64,000 bases of DNA. It comes from an uncultured Spirochaetota bacterium. GTDB lineage: Bacteria > Spirochaetota > Spirochaetia > SZUA-6 > Fen-1364. Shown piece after piece: positions 30,929 through 40,519 of the stretch. A model generated the notes under the pieces. That model did not search any database and was not told the origin of the DNA. It saw only the letters and a program-made list of their open reading frames with translations. How positions within the stretch are numbered: position 1 is the first letter of the stretch; every line of letters begins with the position of its first letter. The translations under genes and the position numbers were made by a program. The DNA lies in NCBI GenBank assembly GCA_963781885.1, contig CAWAHW010000001.1, forward strand, positions 544,001 to 608,000, read 5' to 3'.

Positions 30929-33900
30929 TCAACATGGTCCTGGTGTCGCGATCTCTTTCGCCATCTCACGGTAGCGACACAGGCCATTTGCCCACCGCAT
31001 CTGCTCGGGCGTGCTGCATTCCGGCTCCAGGAGGCGGCGCGCCGCCACAAGGATGCATACGCACTGGGCGCGGCTGGTGGCCACGTTCAACCGGTTTGGA
31101 TTGAAGAGGAAACCCATGCCGCGAGGCGCGTCGATGGCGGAGGAGCTTGCCATCGAATAGATGACCACGGGAGCTTCCTGGCCCTGGAACTTGTCCACGG
31201 TTCCCACGCGGAGCGCGGGAAGACGGGCCGAAAGCGCCGCCACCTGCGCGTTGTAGGGCGCCACGACTAGTATGTCGGATGCGTGCAGCCTGCGCGCCGT
31301 GCCGTGCGAATCGGTCCACGTCACGTCGGGTGAGAGAAGGCTCTCCGCAATGGCCGCGATTGCCGCCACCTCCTCCGGAGAGCTGTTCTGATTGCCTTCG
31401 TGGTCCACGGGCACGTAGAAAAGGCCGCTGCCGGCAAAGGGCGTATCACCGTTGATGGCCTGTCGCTCCAGCCCCGCGCGGGAACGGAGCCGGCCTTCGT
31501 AGAAAAGCTCGGAGGTGAACGCGCATATGCGGGGGTGCAGCCTCCAGGTCTCGTCGAGGAAAAGCCCCGCCTCATCGGCAAGCGTCTTCCGCCCCTCCAG
31601 CACGTGCACAAGAGCCGCCACCTCCGCACCTTCGGGATGCGCGCCGCGCTGGGGCTGCTCGAGCTGCTGCGGGTCGCCCAGGAGAACGAGGTTGCGCGCG
31701 GACCTCGCAGCGGCGAGCGCGAACGCCAGCGACATCTGTCCTGCCTCATCGATGAAGAGGTAATCCACCGATTCGATCATGTCGTCCCGGGCCCAGAACC
31801 AGCAGGTTCCGCCGACCACCTTGCCCTGGCCGAGCCCTGCCGCTGCCTTTTCGTTCTTGTCCGTCTCTTCGACGCCCGGCGTCTTTTCCACGCCCCGCTT
31901 GCTCACCTTGTGAATGGCAGCCACGGGCGCACCTGCGGGGGCCGCGCGGACGACCTGCTCCAGGAAGTGCCTGATCACCTTGTGACTGACAGCCGTGACC
32001 CCAATGCGCTTTCCGGCGGTCGCGAGGGCGACGATCATCCGCGCGCCCGTGTACGTCTTTCCCGTCCCGGGCGGCCCCTGCACCGGCAGCACCCCGTTGT
32101 CCAGGTCCCGGGCAAGGCGAATGGCCGCATCCACCAGGTTCTCCCCCGACCGCCGGAGCGCGCCCTGCGCGGGTGTGCGAAGCCGCGGCTTCCTCTTCAG
32201 GAGCAGGTCCCGGGCGGCGCGATAAGGCCCGTTGCCGTTCACGCCGCGGCGCGCGCTGGACACGCCGAGCTCCAGCAGCGCCTTGTCCACGGGCCGCGGC
32301 GGCACCCTTTCGTTCACCATGACGGCAAAGGGATGCCGGTCCGCGGTTGACGGCCTCCGTTCGATGTCGATCGTGCCGTCTGCAAGATCCAGCGCGCTCA
32401 CCTTCCCGATGACGCCGCCGCCGATCTCGTAAAGCTCGTCTCCGTCGCCGAAGGCAGCCTCCTGCGCGGGAAAGGCGTAGCGGTGCACGGGTGATCGCGC
32501 GCTGCCGCCGACGGCCTGGAGAAAGCGCAGACCGGAAATGGCCTTTCGTTCCTCCATGAGCTCCTCGTGATCGAGGCCGTGGATCCGGAAGAACTCCCAC
32601 CACGCGCACTTGTCCTCGCGGCGGAAATATTCGAGCTGGTGCGCAAGGAGCCATTGCCCCCGATGCTCCTCTCCCCATTCTTCGCGATCGTCGGGAAGCG
32701 CGCCGGTCAATTCCTCAAAAGCGGCCTTCACCTCCCCGGCCTGCTCCGCCACCGCCTCGCTTGCCTCACCGGTCTTCTCTTCAGGCCGGGGCACGCGCCG
32801 TCCTTTTGCCGCCCATTCCTCCCGGCGCTCCTCCAGCCATGCCTGGAGCGCGGCGGTTGCCCGGCAGTCATCGCAGTTGTAGGACTCCACCGCGTCGCGG
32901 TCGGAGGCGAAAATCTCCAGGTCCGCCGTGCCGGGTGCAAGCTCCAGCACGCGCGCGATCCTGCGGAGCGCCTGGCCTGCCGCGCGAAGCTCCAGGGACC
33001 GGTGAAATGCAAATGCCGGCTCGAGCGACTTCAGCGAATAGCTTTCCACGCTGACCCGCATGCCTTGCCGCGTCACGGCGAGCAGGTCCACGAACTTTTC
33101 CGCGCGCAGCAGACGGTCCAGCTCCTCCTCCCGTATGCCGTGCCGGCCGATCATCCTTTTCACCGCGCCGGGCTCGTACGGCGAGAAGTGGTAGATGTGC
33201 ATGCCGGGGTGCCCCCGCCATCTGTCCATGACAAAATCCATGATCTCTTCGAGGGCCTTTTTTTCTTCCGCCATGGTGAAGGCCCAGAGCGGCCGATAGG
33301 ACAGGACGCCGTCCGGTGCGACGAATGCCACGCCGAGCAGGTATTCCAGGCCTGTCTCCAGGGCAAAGGGATCCGACTCGATATCGAACCAGATGTCACC
33401 CGGATCCGGCGCGGGCAGGAGCGCCAGCCCCTTGCCAGGCTCGATCGGCAGGAGCTCGTGGAGGATGCGGCCCGCTTCCCGTCCGGCAAGCTGGATGCGC
33501 GCCTGGCCGTGCACGCGCGCGAATGCCTCATCGCTTCCCCGCGCCGGCTTGCGGCGAAACGGCGCCGGCTCCCGCGCGAGCTTCTCCAGCGTGCCGATGC
33601 CTTGCTGCTCGAGCTCGGCAATATGGAGCGGACGGATGCCGGCAACGAGGCAGAGGTGATCGTCGGCGTGCCGGCGCGCATCGCACTCCTTCCACCACCG
33701 GCAGACGTCGCAATGCGCCACGGGGTAGGGGTAGGTGGCTGCCGGTGCGGCGGCCACGGTCTGCTCCAGTCTTCGCTTGACCAGGCGGCAGTACGCGCTG
33801 TAGTCGCTGAAGCGAAAGCTTTCCCGGACAAAATCCTGGCCCGGCTTTATCACGTGCATGTGCTCGGGAGGCAGCCCCTGCAGGTATCCCACAAGCTCCG

Positions 33901-34351
33901 AGTAGAGGCAGAGCTGCAGCACCGTACCCGCGCGTGTCTCCTGCGCCAGCTTTGTATCGGCAACCTCGTAGGACCAGTCACCCAGGTTGCTCGGCCTTGG
34001 CACGCGCAGCAGGAGGTCCGCGCGGCCGACCCATCGTCCCTCGCCAAGCTGGGCCTGCACGATGGCTCCAGCCCCCGCGGCCATGGCGTTCCGGGTCCTT
34101 TCAAGCGACGTTGCGACGGCGTCCGCGGGGAGCTCCACGACCTCGACGCCGCTTTTTTTCAGATGCTCCACGTACGCCCGTTCATGGATGGCGCCCCGTT
34201 GCCGCAAGAGCTCCACGCTTGGATCCATCCACGACGGGGCCGCGATGCGCCGCTCTGCAACGGCGCGGTCGAGCTGCGTGAGGTGACGGCAGGCCAGATG
34301 GTTGGCGATGTCGGTCGCGGACAGAAAGAGCTCTCCGCCCTCCACGTGCAT
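30929..34351 (-). CDS. TM0106-family RecB-like nuclease + RNase H-fold exonuclease + SF1B (Dna2/UPF1-like) helicase
   Basis: LSATDIANHLAC, GRADLL..YEVADTKLA, QLCLYS, HCDVCRWWKEC, WFDIESDP..YNCDDC, QGPPGTGKT, IDEAGQ, GDPQQL, TVDKFQGQEA, NRLNVATSRA. RBS AGGAG before 34351. Confidence 0.88.
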   Translation of the reverse strand: MHVEGGELFLSATDIANHLACRHLTQLDRAVAERRIAAPSWMDPSVELLRQRGAIHERAYVEHLKKSGVEVVELPADAVATSLERTRNAMAAGAGAIVQAQLGEGRWVGRADLLLRVPRPSNLGDWSYEVADTKLAQETRAGTVLQLCLYSELVGYLQGLPPEHMHVIKPGQDFVRESFRFSDYSAYCRLVKRRLEQTVAAAPAATYPYPVAHCDVCRWWKECDARRHADDHLCLVAGIRPLHIAELEQQGIGTLEKLAREPAPFRRKPARGSDEAFARVHGQARIQLAGREAGRILHELLPIEPGKGLALLPAPDPGDIWFDIESDPFALETGLEYLLGVAFVAPDGVLSYRPLWAFTMAEEKKALEEIMDFVMDRWRGHPGMHIYHFSPYEPGAVKRMIGRHGIREEELDRLLRAEKFVDLLAVTRQGMRVSVESYSLKSLEPAFAFHRSLELRAAGQALRRIARVLELAPGTADLEIFASDRDAVESYNCDDCRATAALQAWLEERREEWAAKGRRVPRPEEKTGEASEAVAEQAGEVKAAFEELTGALPDDREEWGEEHRGQWLLAHQLEYFRREDKCAWWEFFRIHGLDHEELMEERKAISGLRFLQAVGGSARSPVHRYAFPAQEAAFGDGDELYEIGGGVIGKVSALDLADGTIDIERRPSTADRHPFAVMVNERVPPRPVDKALLELGVSSARRGVNGNGPYRAARDLLLKRKPRLRTPAQGALRRSGENLVDAAIRLARDLDNGVLPVQGPPGTGKTYTGARMIVALATAGKRIGVTAVSHKVIRHFLEQVVRAAPAGAPVAAIHKVSKRGVEKTPGVEETDKNEKAAAGLGQGKVVGGTCWFWARDDMIESVDYLFIDEAGQMSLAFALAAARSARNLVLLGDPQQLEQPQRGAHPEGAEVAALVHVLEGRKTLADEAGLFLDETWRLHPRICAFTSELFYEGRLRSRAGLERQAINGDTPFAGSGLFYVPVDHEGNQNSSPEEVAAIAAIAESLLSPDVTWTDSHGTARRLHASDILVVAPYNAQVAALSARLPALRVGTVDKFQGQEAPVVIYSMASSSAIDAPRGMGFLFNPNRLNVATSRAQCVCILVAARRLLEPECSTPEQMRWANGLCRYREMAKEIATPGPC

Positions 34352-34364
34352 GGCCTGTCTCCTT

Positions 34365-36398
34365 CTACGACTGCAGGAGCTTTTCCAGCGCCTTGATGCC
34401 CCGACCGAGGTCCTGGGGGTTTGCCTGCGCGGTGCGGAAGAGGTCTCCCGTCCGCTCGATGCGCGCGGCGGCGTTTGCAAGCGTGAAATCCGCGACGTGC
34501 AGCTCCCCTTCCAGCTCGTCCCATGCCAGCGGCATGGAAACCGAGGCAGCCTCAACGGGCCGCACGACGTAAGGCGGCACCACGGTCTGTTCGCGCCGGT
34601 TCTGCAGGAAATCGATATAGACGCGGCCGGCCCGGCGGCCCACGACGCGCTCCACCGTGGCGATGTCCCCGTGATCGCGCACGACCATGCGGGCAATCGT
34701 CTCGCAGAACATCCTGCTCTGATCGTAGGTGAAGCCGGGCGTGAGCGGGATGCACACGTGCAGCCCCGACGAGCCCGAGGTCTTCAGGTATGGCTCGATG
34801 CCGATGCCGCGGAGCAGCTTGCCGACCACCCGCGCAATCTTCACGACGTCCGTGAAAGGCGCCTCCTTGGGATCGAGGTCCAGGATGGCCCAGTCCGGCG
34901 ATTCGAGGCTGTCCGTGCGTGACAGCCAGGGGTGCAGGTCGATGCTGCCCGCGTTGACGAGCGTGAGGAGGGCCTTGCGGTCGTTGCAGACCGCGTACAG
35001 GGTCGGCTCCTCACCATCCCGCGCAACGTCCACCGTTTCGCACTGGTCCAGCAGCTCCGGCGGGAGCTGCTTCTGATAAAAGGATTTACCGCGAATCCCG
35101 TCCGGCCACCGGTAGAGGTGCAGCGGGCGATCCTCCAGGTACGGCAGCAGCCAGTTCGCGACCCGGTCGTAGTAGCGCGCGAGATCCCCTTTCGTGTAGC
35201 CCTGTTCCGGCCAGTAGACCTTGCGCGGATGCGTGATGGCGACGCCCGTCGGCGCGTCCTTTTTCTGGGACCGCTTCTTTGCCGGCGTCTTTGGCTTCAT
35301 GCCCGGCACCACGCGCACCCTCTGCCAATCCTCCGATACTCCAGAACGATAGGGACTGTCCGCGCGCTTGGCGATGATGCCCGGCAGACCCGATTGCGCC
35401 GCGGCGTCCGCAAAAGCCAGGCCGTGCTCTGCCACCGGGTCGACCGTCAGGACGCGGCCGGATTCCGGCACGAGGGACCGGAGCACCGCCTTGCGCTCGC
35501 GTAGGGGCAGGCGCGTGAGGTCCCACTCTTCTGCATAGAGGATGTCGAAAAGGTAGAGCACCGCGTGCGCGCCACCGGATCGCAGCTCTTCTTCCAGCGC
35601 CGCCTCGGTGGGAACGCCGCGCGCGTCCATTGCCACGATGACCCCGTCCAGGAGCGCCGTGCCGGCGCGCACCGCGGCCAGCCCTGCGGCAAGCGCAGGC
35701 AGCCGGGGCGCAAGATCTTCCTTCTTCGTGCGGAGGCTGACCGTGGAGTCCTGGACGCGCGCCAGGACGCGCCGGCCGGCAAAGAGAGGCTCGAAGAGCC
35801 ACGCGGGGTCGTCAAACGCCCCCGCGCGGTCCGCCGGCTCCATGCGCGCGCGGCCGCGGGGCGCGGCCTTCTGCCGCGCAAGGCTCATGTCCGCGGCGCC
35901 GAAGAGGTCGCTGCCGGATCCGGCGTAGCGGTCGCGCGCCTTGAAGAGCAGCCAGTTCCTGCCGTCGCCGGTCTTCGTGCGCACCATGTGCCATTCCCCG
36001 CGCAGGTGCCGGCCCTTCAGCTCAAGCTTCAGCTCGCCCTTTTCCAGCGCCGCGGCGATCGTCGGTGATTTGCGCACCTCGTACACCCCGGCGTCCCAGA
36101 TGCGCATCGTGCCGGCGCCGTACTGGCCCTTGGGGATGGGACCTTCGAAGTCCCGGTACAGAAGCGGGTGGTCCTCCGTGCGCACGGCGAGCCTCTTGTC
36201 CCCGGGCGCATAGGAGAAGCCCTTCGGCACGGCCCAGCAGGCAAGTACGCCATTTGCCTGGATGCGCAGGTCATAGTGCAGGTTGCGCGCCTCGTGGCGA
36301 TGGACGACGAATGCGTTTCCTTTGGCGCCGCGTTTCCCCGGCCGCGGCTCGGGGGTCTTCCTGAAGTCGCGCTTGCCGCGATAATCATCCATCGCCAT
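34365..36398 (-). CDS. ligD: LigD-like protein: phosphoesterase + degenerate ligase + primase-polymerase
   Basis: PE domain (HRHEARNLHYDLR, WAVPKG, TEDHP..Y..FEG.IP.GQYGAG) and Pol domain (DLDP, KTSGSSGLHV, YIDFLQN). The central ligase-like domain lacks KxDG. Confidence 0.9.
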   Translation of the reverse strand: MAMDDYRGKRDFRKTPEPRPGKRGAKGNAFVVHRHEARNLHYDLRIQANGVLACWAVPKGFSYAPGDKRLAVRTEDHPLLYRDFEGPIPKGQYGAGTMRIWDAGVYEVRKSPTIAAALEKGELKLELKGRHLRGEWHMVRTKTGDGRNWLLFKARDRYAGSGSDLFGAADMSLARQKAAPRGRARMEPADRAGAFDDPAWLFEPLFAGRRVLARVQDSTVSLRTKKEDLAPRLPALAAGLAAVRAGTALLDGVIVAMDARGVPTEAALEEELRSGGAHAVLYLFDILYAEEWDLTRLPLRERKAVLRSLVPESGRVLTVDPVAEHGLAFADAAAQSGLPGIIAKRADSPYRSGVSEDWQRVRVVPGMKPKTPAKKRSQKKDAPTGVAITHPRKVYWPEQGYTKGDLARYYDRVANWLLPYLEDRPLHLYRWPDGIRGKSFYQKQLPPELLDQCETVDVARDGEEPTLYAVCNDRKALLTLVNAGSIDLHPWLSRTDSLESPDWAILDLDPKEAPFTDVVKIARVVGKLLRGIGIEPYLKTSGSSGLHVCIPLTPGFTYDQSRMFCETIARMVVRDHGDIATVERVVGRRAGRVYIDFLQNRREQTVVPPYVVRPVEAASVSMPLAWDELEGELHVADFTLANAAARIERTGDLFRTAQANPQDLGRGIKALEKLLQS

Positions 36399-36427
36399 AT
36401 TCGTCCAATGTAACAGGAAGGCGGCGT

Positions 36428-37057
36428 GTGAGCGACATACCTGTTCTTGTCGATGAGCCGCGCGCGGGAAAGACGATCGCCACGATCGTGCTTGCGCATG
36501 GGGCAGGGGCGGCCATGGATTCGGACTTCATGGAGGACGTCGCCCACGCCCTTGCCGCGGAGTCGCTGCGGGTCGTCCGCTTCGAGTTCCCCTACATGCG
36601 GGAGAAGCGGGAAACGGGGAGACGGGGGCCGCCGGATCCCACGGCCGTGCTGGAGGAGACCTGGCTTTCCGTGATCGCGCAGCTCGGGACGCAGACGAAG
36701 CTCGTGATCGGCGGCAAATCAATGGGGGGCAGGATCGCCAGCATGATCGCGGACACGGCGGCGGTGCATGGCCTTGTCTGCATGGGTTATCCGTTCCACC
36801 CCACCGGCCGGCCTACAAGCCTGCGCGTCTCCCATTTGAAGGACCTGAAGACGCCCACACTGATCCTGCAGGGCGAGCGCGACACACTCGGGAGCCGCGA
36901 CGAGATTGCCGGCTACGTCTTGTCGTCGAGAATACGCCTGTCCTTTCTTCCCGACGGCGACCATTCCTTCAAGCCTCGAAAGAGCTCGGGTCGTACTTAT
37001 GAGCAGAATCTTGCGGAGGCTGTAAGAGAGACCGTGGCTTTTTGCAGAAATCTGTAG
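36428..37057 (+). CDS. Alpha/beta hydrolase (KANL3/Tex30-like)
   Basis: LAHGAGAAMDS, RFEFPYM, GGKSMGGRIAS, QGERD, DGDHSF. Confidence 0.88.
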   Translation: MSDIPVLVDEPRAGKTIATIVLAHGAGAAMDSDFMEDVAHALAAESLRVVRFEFPYMREKRETGRRGPPDPTAVLEETWLSVIAQLGTQTKLVIGGKSMGGRIASMIADTAAVHGLVCMGYPFHPTGRPTSLRVSHLKDLKTPTLILQGERDTLGSRDEIAGYVLSSRIRLSFLPDGDHSFKPRKSSGRTYEQNLAEAVRETVAFCRNL

Positions 37058-37077
37058 CTTTGGTGTTGATATTGCAT

Positions 37078-37105
37078 GTTAACGGTGTTACAGTAACGAT
37101 GTTAC
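37078..37105 (+). promoter_or_regulatory. Tandem TAAC-N3-GTTA operators upstream of tetR
   Basis: GTTAACGGTGTTAC and GTAACGATGTTAC. The same motif recurs at 37716. Confidence 0.65.
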
Positions 37106-37116
37106 GGAAGCTGAGA

Positions 37117-37695
37117 ATGACTAGAGCAGCCAATATCGACCTTGCGGCAAGAATCCTCGCAGAGGCAGAGAAAGTCGTCGTGGCATCCGGCCACGAAGGC
37201 ATAAACATGAGGCGGCTTGCCAGCCAAGTCGGCGTGAGCGCAACATCGATCTACCGCTACTATGAGAGCAAGGAAGCGATACTCAGGAAACTGAGGATAA
37301 AGGCCGCGGAAAAGCTCAACGACAGGATAAGGTCGATAGATTCCCGCCTCCCTGCGCACGAGTTCCTTCACGAGCTGGGCCGGCAGTATGTCGCCTATGC
37401 GCAGGAAAATCCGCAGATGTACCGCATGCTCTTCGAAGCGCCATTTGACGAGCGCGGCGAGGCGGAGGATCACCCGGTGCTCTATTACACCTACCTCGCG
37501 GCGCGTGGCGCGCTTGAAAAGGCATCGAAAGAGAGCTTGAAAGAGGTTGATCCGGGACTCCAAGCCATGATGGGCTGGATCTTGCTGCATGGCTTTTGCT
37601 CGCTCATGATGTCGGGAATGCTTCCCCCTGCGGAGGGCATGAGCCGGGAAAAGCTGCAGGAAGTCTTCATGCGTTTTTATTCGGAGGGCAAGTGA
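37117..37695 (+). CDS. TetR/AcrR family regulator
   Basis: HTH INMRRLASQVGVSATSIYRYYESKEAI and a WHG-like C-terminus (WILLHG). Confidence 0.9.
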   Translation: MTRAANIDLAARILAEAEKVVVASGHEGINMRRLASQVGVSATSIYRYYESKEAILRKLRIKAAEKLNDRIRSIDSRLPAHEFLHELGRQYVAYAQENPQMYRMLFEAPFDERGEAEDHPVLYYTYLAARGALEKASKESLKEVDPGLQAMMGWILLHGFCSLMMSGMLPPAEGMSREKLQEVFMRFYSEGK

Positions 37696-37715
37696 GGCTT
37701 TTTTTTCGGCCTGAA

Positions 37716-37742
37716 GTTAACATTGTTAACATAACATCGTTC
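37716..37742 (+). promoter_or_regulatory. TAAC-N3-GTTA operator pair upstream of the oxidoreductase
   Basis: Palindrome GTTAACATTGTTAAC followed by TAACATCGTT. Confidence 0.65.
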
Positions 37743-37760
37743 TAATACAAGGAGGAGAGC

Positions 37761-39144
37761 ATGAAGATCGTCGTTTTGAATGGAAGCCCAAAGGGGGAGG
37801 TGAGCGTGACACGGCAATACGTCCTTTTCCTGGAAAAGGCCTTTCCCCAGCACCAATTTGTCGTGGTGCATGCTGCCCAGCAGTCCAGGAAAATGGAGAA
37901 GGATCCCGCGGCCTTCGACGCTGTCATCGACGAGGTGAGGTCGGCGGACGGCGTGGTCTGGGCCTTCCCGCTGTACATCCTGCTGGTCTGCTCTCAGTAC
38001 AAGAGGTTCATCGAGCTGGTGGCCGAGCGTGGCGTGGGCTCCGCATTCAGGGGCAAGTACGCCGTGACCCTGTCCACCTCCATCAACTACCACGACTGGA
38101 GCGCCCATGCGTACATGCGATCCGTCTGCGAAGACTTCGGCATGCGGTATGCCGGGTTCTATTCGGCGAACATGGACGACATCACGCGCCCGTCGGAGCG
38201 GCGCCGCCTCGCCGCTTTCGGGGAAGACTTCTTCGCCGCGATTGCCGGCGGCGTGAGCTTCCCGCGTCTCACTGCCGTGCTGCCCGGCGGAGGCGGCTCC
38301 CGCATATCGGCCGACGGCGCCGCAGCTTCACGTCGACGTCCACGGCAGGAAGGTCGTCATCCTCACCGACGCCGTCGACGGGCAGGACAACCTGGCCGGC
38401 ATGGTGGCGCGCATGGCAGCGGCGTACGGGGACAGTGCGCGCGTGGTGAATCTGCACGACCTGGACATCAAGGGCGGCTGCCAGGGCTGCCTGCGCTGCG
38501 GCGCGGCGTACGTGTGCGCCTACACAGGCAAGGACGGTTTCATCGAATTCTATAATTCGGTCCTCGTCCCTGCTGATGTCATCATCTTTGCCGGCGCGCT
38601 GGTCTGCCGCCAGCTCTCCTGGAAGTGGAGGGAGTTCTTCGACAGGAGCTTCTTCAACACGCATACCCCGTCCCTTGTCGGCAAGCAGATCGCCTTCCTC
38701 GTCGCGGGGCCTCTCCGCTTCCTGCCCGAGCTTCGCGAGACCTACGAGTCCTGGGTCGAGCTTCAGCAGTCGAATCTCGTTGCCTTCGTCTCCGACGAGG
38801 AGCCCGGCGGCCTGGATGCAACGCTCGACCAGCTTGCTGCACGGACGATCAGGCTTGCCGAGGCGGCGTACGTGCGGCCGCGCACCTTCCTCGGCATCGG
38901 GGGCATGAAGATATTCCGCGACGATATCTGGTCGCAGCTCAAGGTCGTCTTCCGCGCCGACCATAAGGCGTACAAGGCGCGCGGCTTCTACGATTTCCCC
39001 CAGAGGAAGGTCGGCAAAAGGGTCGTGGTGGCGATCGCCCATTTTGTCACGGGGCTGCCCGGCATCAGGAGCCAGTTCCCTTCCATGATCAGGACGCAGA
39101 TGATCGTGCCGGCACGGAAGGCCGCTCTTCGCGGCACGAGCTGA
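37761..39144 (+). CDS. Tandem flavodoxin-fold NAD(P)H-dependent oxidoreductase / iron-sulfur flavoprotein-like, frameshift near 38330
   Basis: MKIVVLNGSPKG..S.T. The second domain has GGCQGCLRCG....C. AAGGAGG RBS. Confidence 0.75.
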
Positions 39145-39217
39145 GACCGGAAGCCCAAGGGCCGTCTGCGGCGACGGCCCTTGCCCGGGGGCGGAAAATC
39201 CGGGACATTTGACCATC

Positions 39218-40519
39218 ATGCGCGTTTCGCTGCGCTACGGAACAACCGGGCTTTCACTCGACCTGCCCGAATCCTGGGACGTCACGCTCGTCGAACGCAG
39301 GCCCATGCCCGCCGTTGCCGATCCCGGCGGCTGCGTCCGCGCCGCCCTTTCATCCCCCGGCGGACTCGCCCGCGAGGCCCGGGGAGCGAGAAGCGCCTGC
39401 ATCATGATCTGCGACATCACCCGCCCGGTTCCCAACGGCCTCATCCTGCGGCCGCTCGTCGAGGCATTGCTCGACGCGGGGCTCGCGCCGACGGGCATCA
39501 CCGTGCTCGTGGCAACGGGCCTGCATCGGCCGAACGAAGGTGAGGAGCTTGCAGCCCTCATTGCCGACCCGTGGGTGGCCGCTCACGCGACGATTGCCAA
39601 CCATTTCGCCCGGCGCGACGACGAGCACGTGCTGCTGGGCACCACGAGCCAGGGCGTGCCGGTCCGCATCGACCGGCGGGTCGTCAACGCCGATGTACGC
39701 ATCGCGGTGGGCCTCGTGGAGCCGCACTTCATGGCCGGCTGGTCGGGCGGCAGGAAGCTCGTGCTCCCCGGCTGCGCGCACGCGGACAGCATCATGGCTT
39801 TCCATGCCACGCGCATGCTGGAGCACCCCCGCGCGGATTCCTGCAGCCTTGAAGGCAACCCCCTGCACGAGGCGCAGACCGAGGCGCTCCGCATGCTGGG
39901 AAGAACTCTTGCGATGAGCGTCGTGATCAACGACGCGCGCGCGCTTTCCTTCGCGAGCTTCGGCGGCGTCGAGGAGAGCCTTGCAGCGGCAGTGGCCTTC
40001 GCGGATCCCTACGTGCGCGTCGCCGTGCCGGAAGCCTTTCCCGTGGTGCTCTCCACGGCCGCGGGTTTTCCCCTGGACGCGACCTACTACCAGGCCGTGA
40101 AGGGGATATGCGCCGGCGCATCGATCCTTGCCCCCGGGGGGCATCTGTTCGTCGCGGCGCGCTGCGCGGAAGGGTTCGGCTCCCGGGATTTCCGCGCGTC
40201 ACAGGAGCGGCTCTGCAGGGTCGGAAAGGACGCATTCCGCGCGGAGGCGCGAAGCAGGGCGCGCGCCGCCATCGACGAGTGGGAGACGGTGATGCTCCTG
40301 AGGGCCCTGGATGTCGGCACCGTGCACCTTTTCGCGGAGTCGCTGTCTCCCGAGGACGCGGCGATCACCGCCGCCGTGCCGGTCCGCGACCTTCCCGCGG
40401 ACCTGCGCTCCGCCGTGGAAACCGCACCAGGGCGAAGGCTCGCCGTGATCCCGGAAGGGCCCTACGCGTCTCCGTACGTCCCCGTCCCCATGCCGTCAAA
40501 AGGAAGGCAACGGCCATGA
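39218..40519 (+). CDS. larA: Nickel-pincer-dependent lactate racemase family protein
   Basis: DITRPVPN, VATGLHRP, NH, VEPHFMAGWSGGRK, YQAVKG, VIPEGPY. Confidence 0.85.
   Translation: MRVSLRYGTTGLSLDLPESWDVTLVERRPMPAVADPGGCVRAALSSPGGLAREARGARSACIMICDITRPVPNGLILRPLVEALLDAGLAPTGITVLVATGLHRPNEGEELAALIADPWVAAHATIANHFARRDDEHVLLGTTSQGVPVRIDRRVVNADVRIAVGLVEPHFMAGWSGGRKLVLPGCAHADSIMAFHATRMLEHPRADSCSLEGNPLHEAQTEALRMLGRTLAMSVVINDARALSFASFGGVEESLAAAVAFADPYVRVAVPEAFPVVLSTAAGFPLDATYYQAVKGICAGASILAPGGHLFVAARCAEGFGSRDFRASQERLCRVGKDAFRAEARSRARAAIDEWETVMLLRALDVGTVHLFAESLSPEDAAITAAVPVRDLPADLRSAVETAPGRRLAVIPEGPYASPYVPVPMPSKGRQRP

Noticed and set aside
33600-34351. Cas4-like nuclease as evidence of CRISPR-Cas
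   Set aside because: There is no repeat-spacer array and no cas1/cas2. The domain is part of a TM0106-type fusion.
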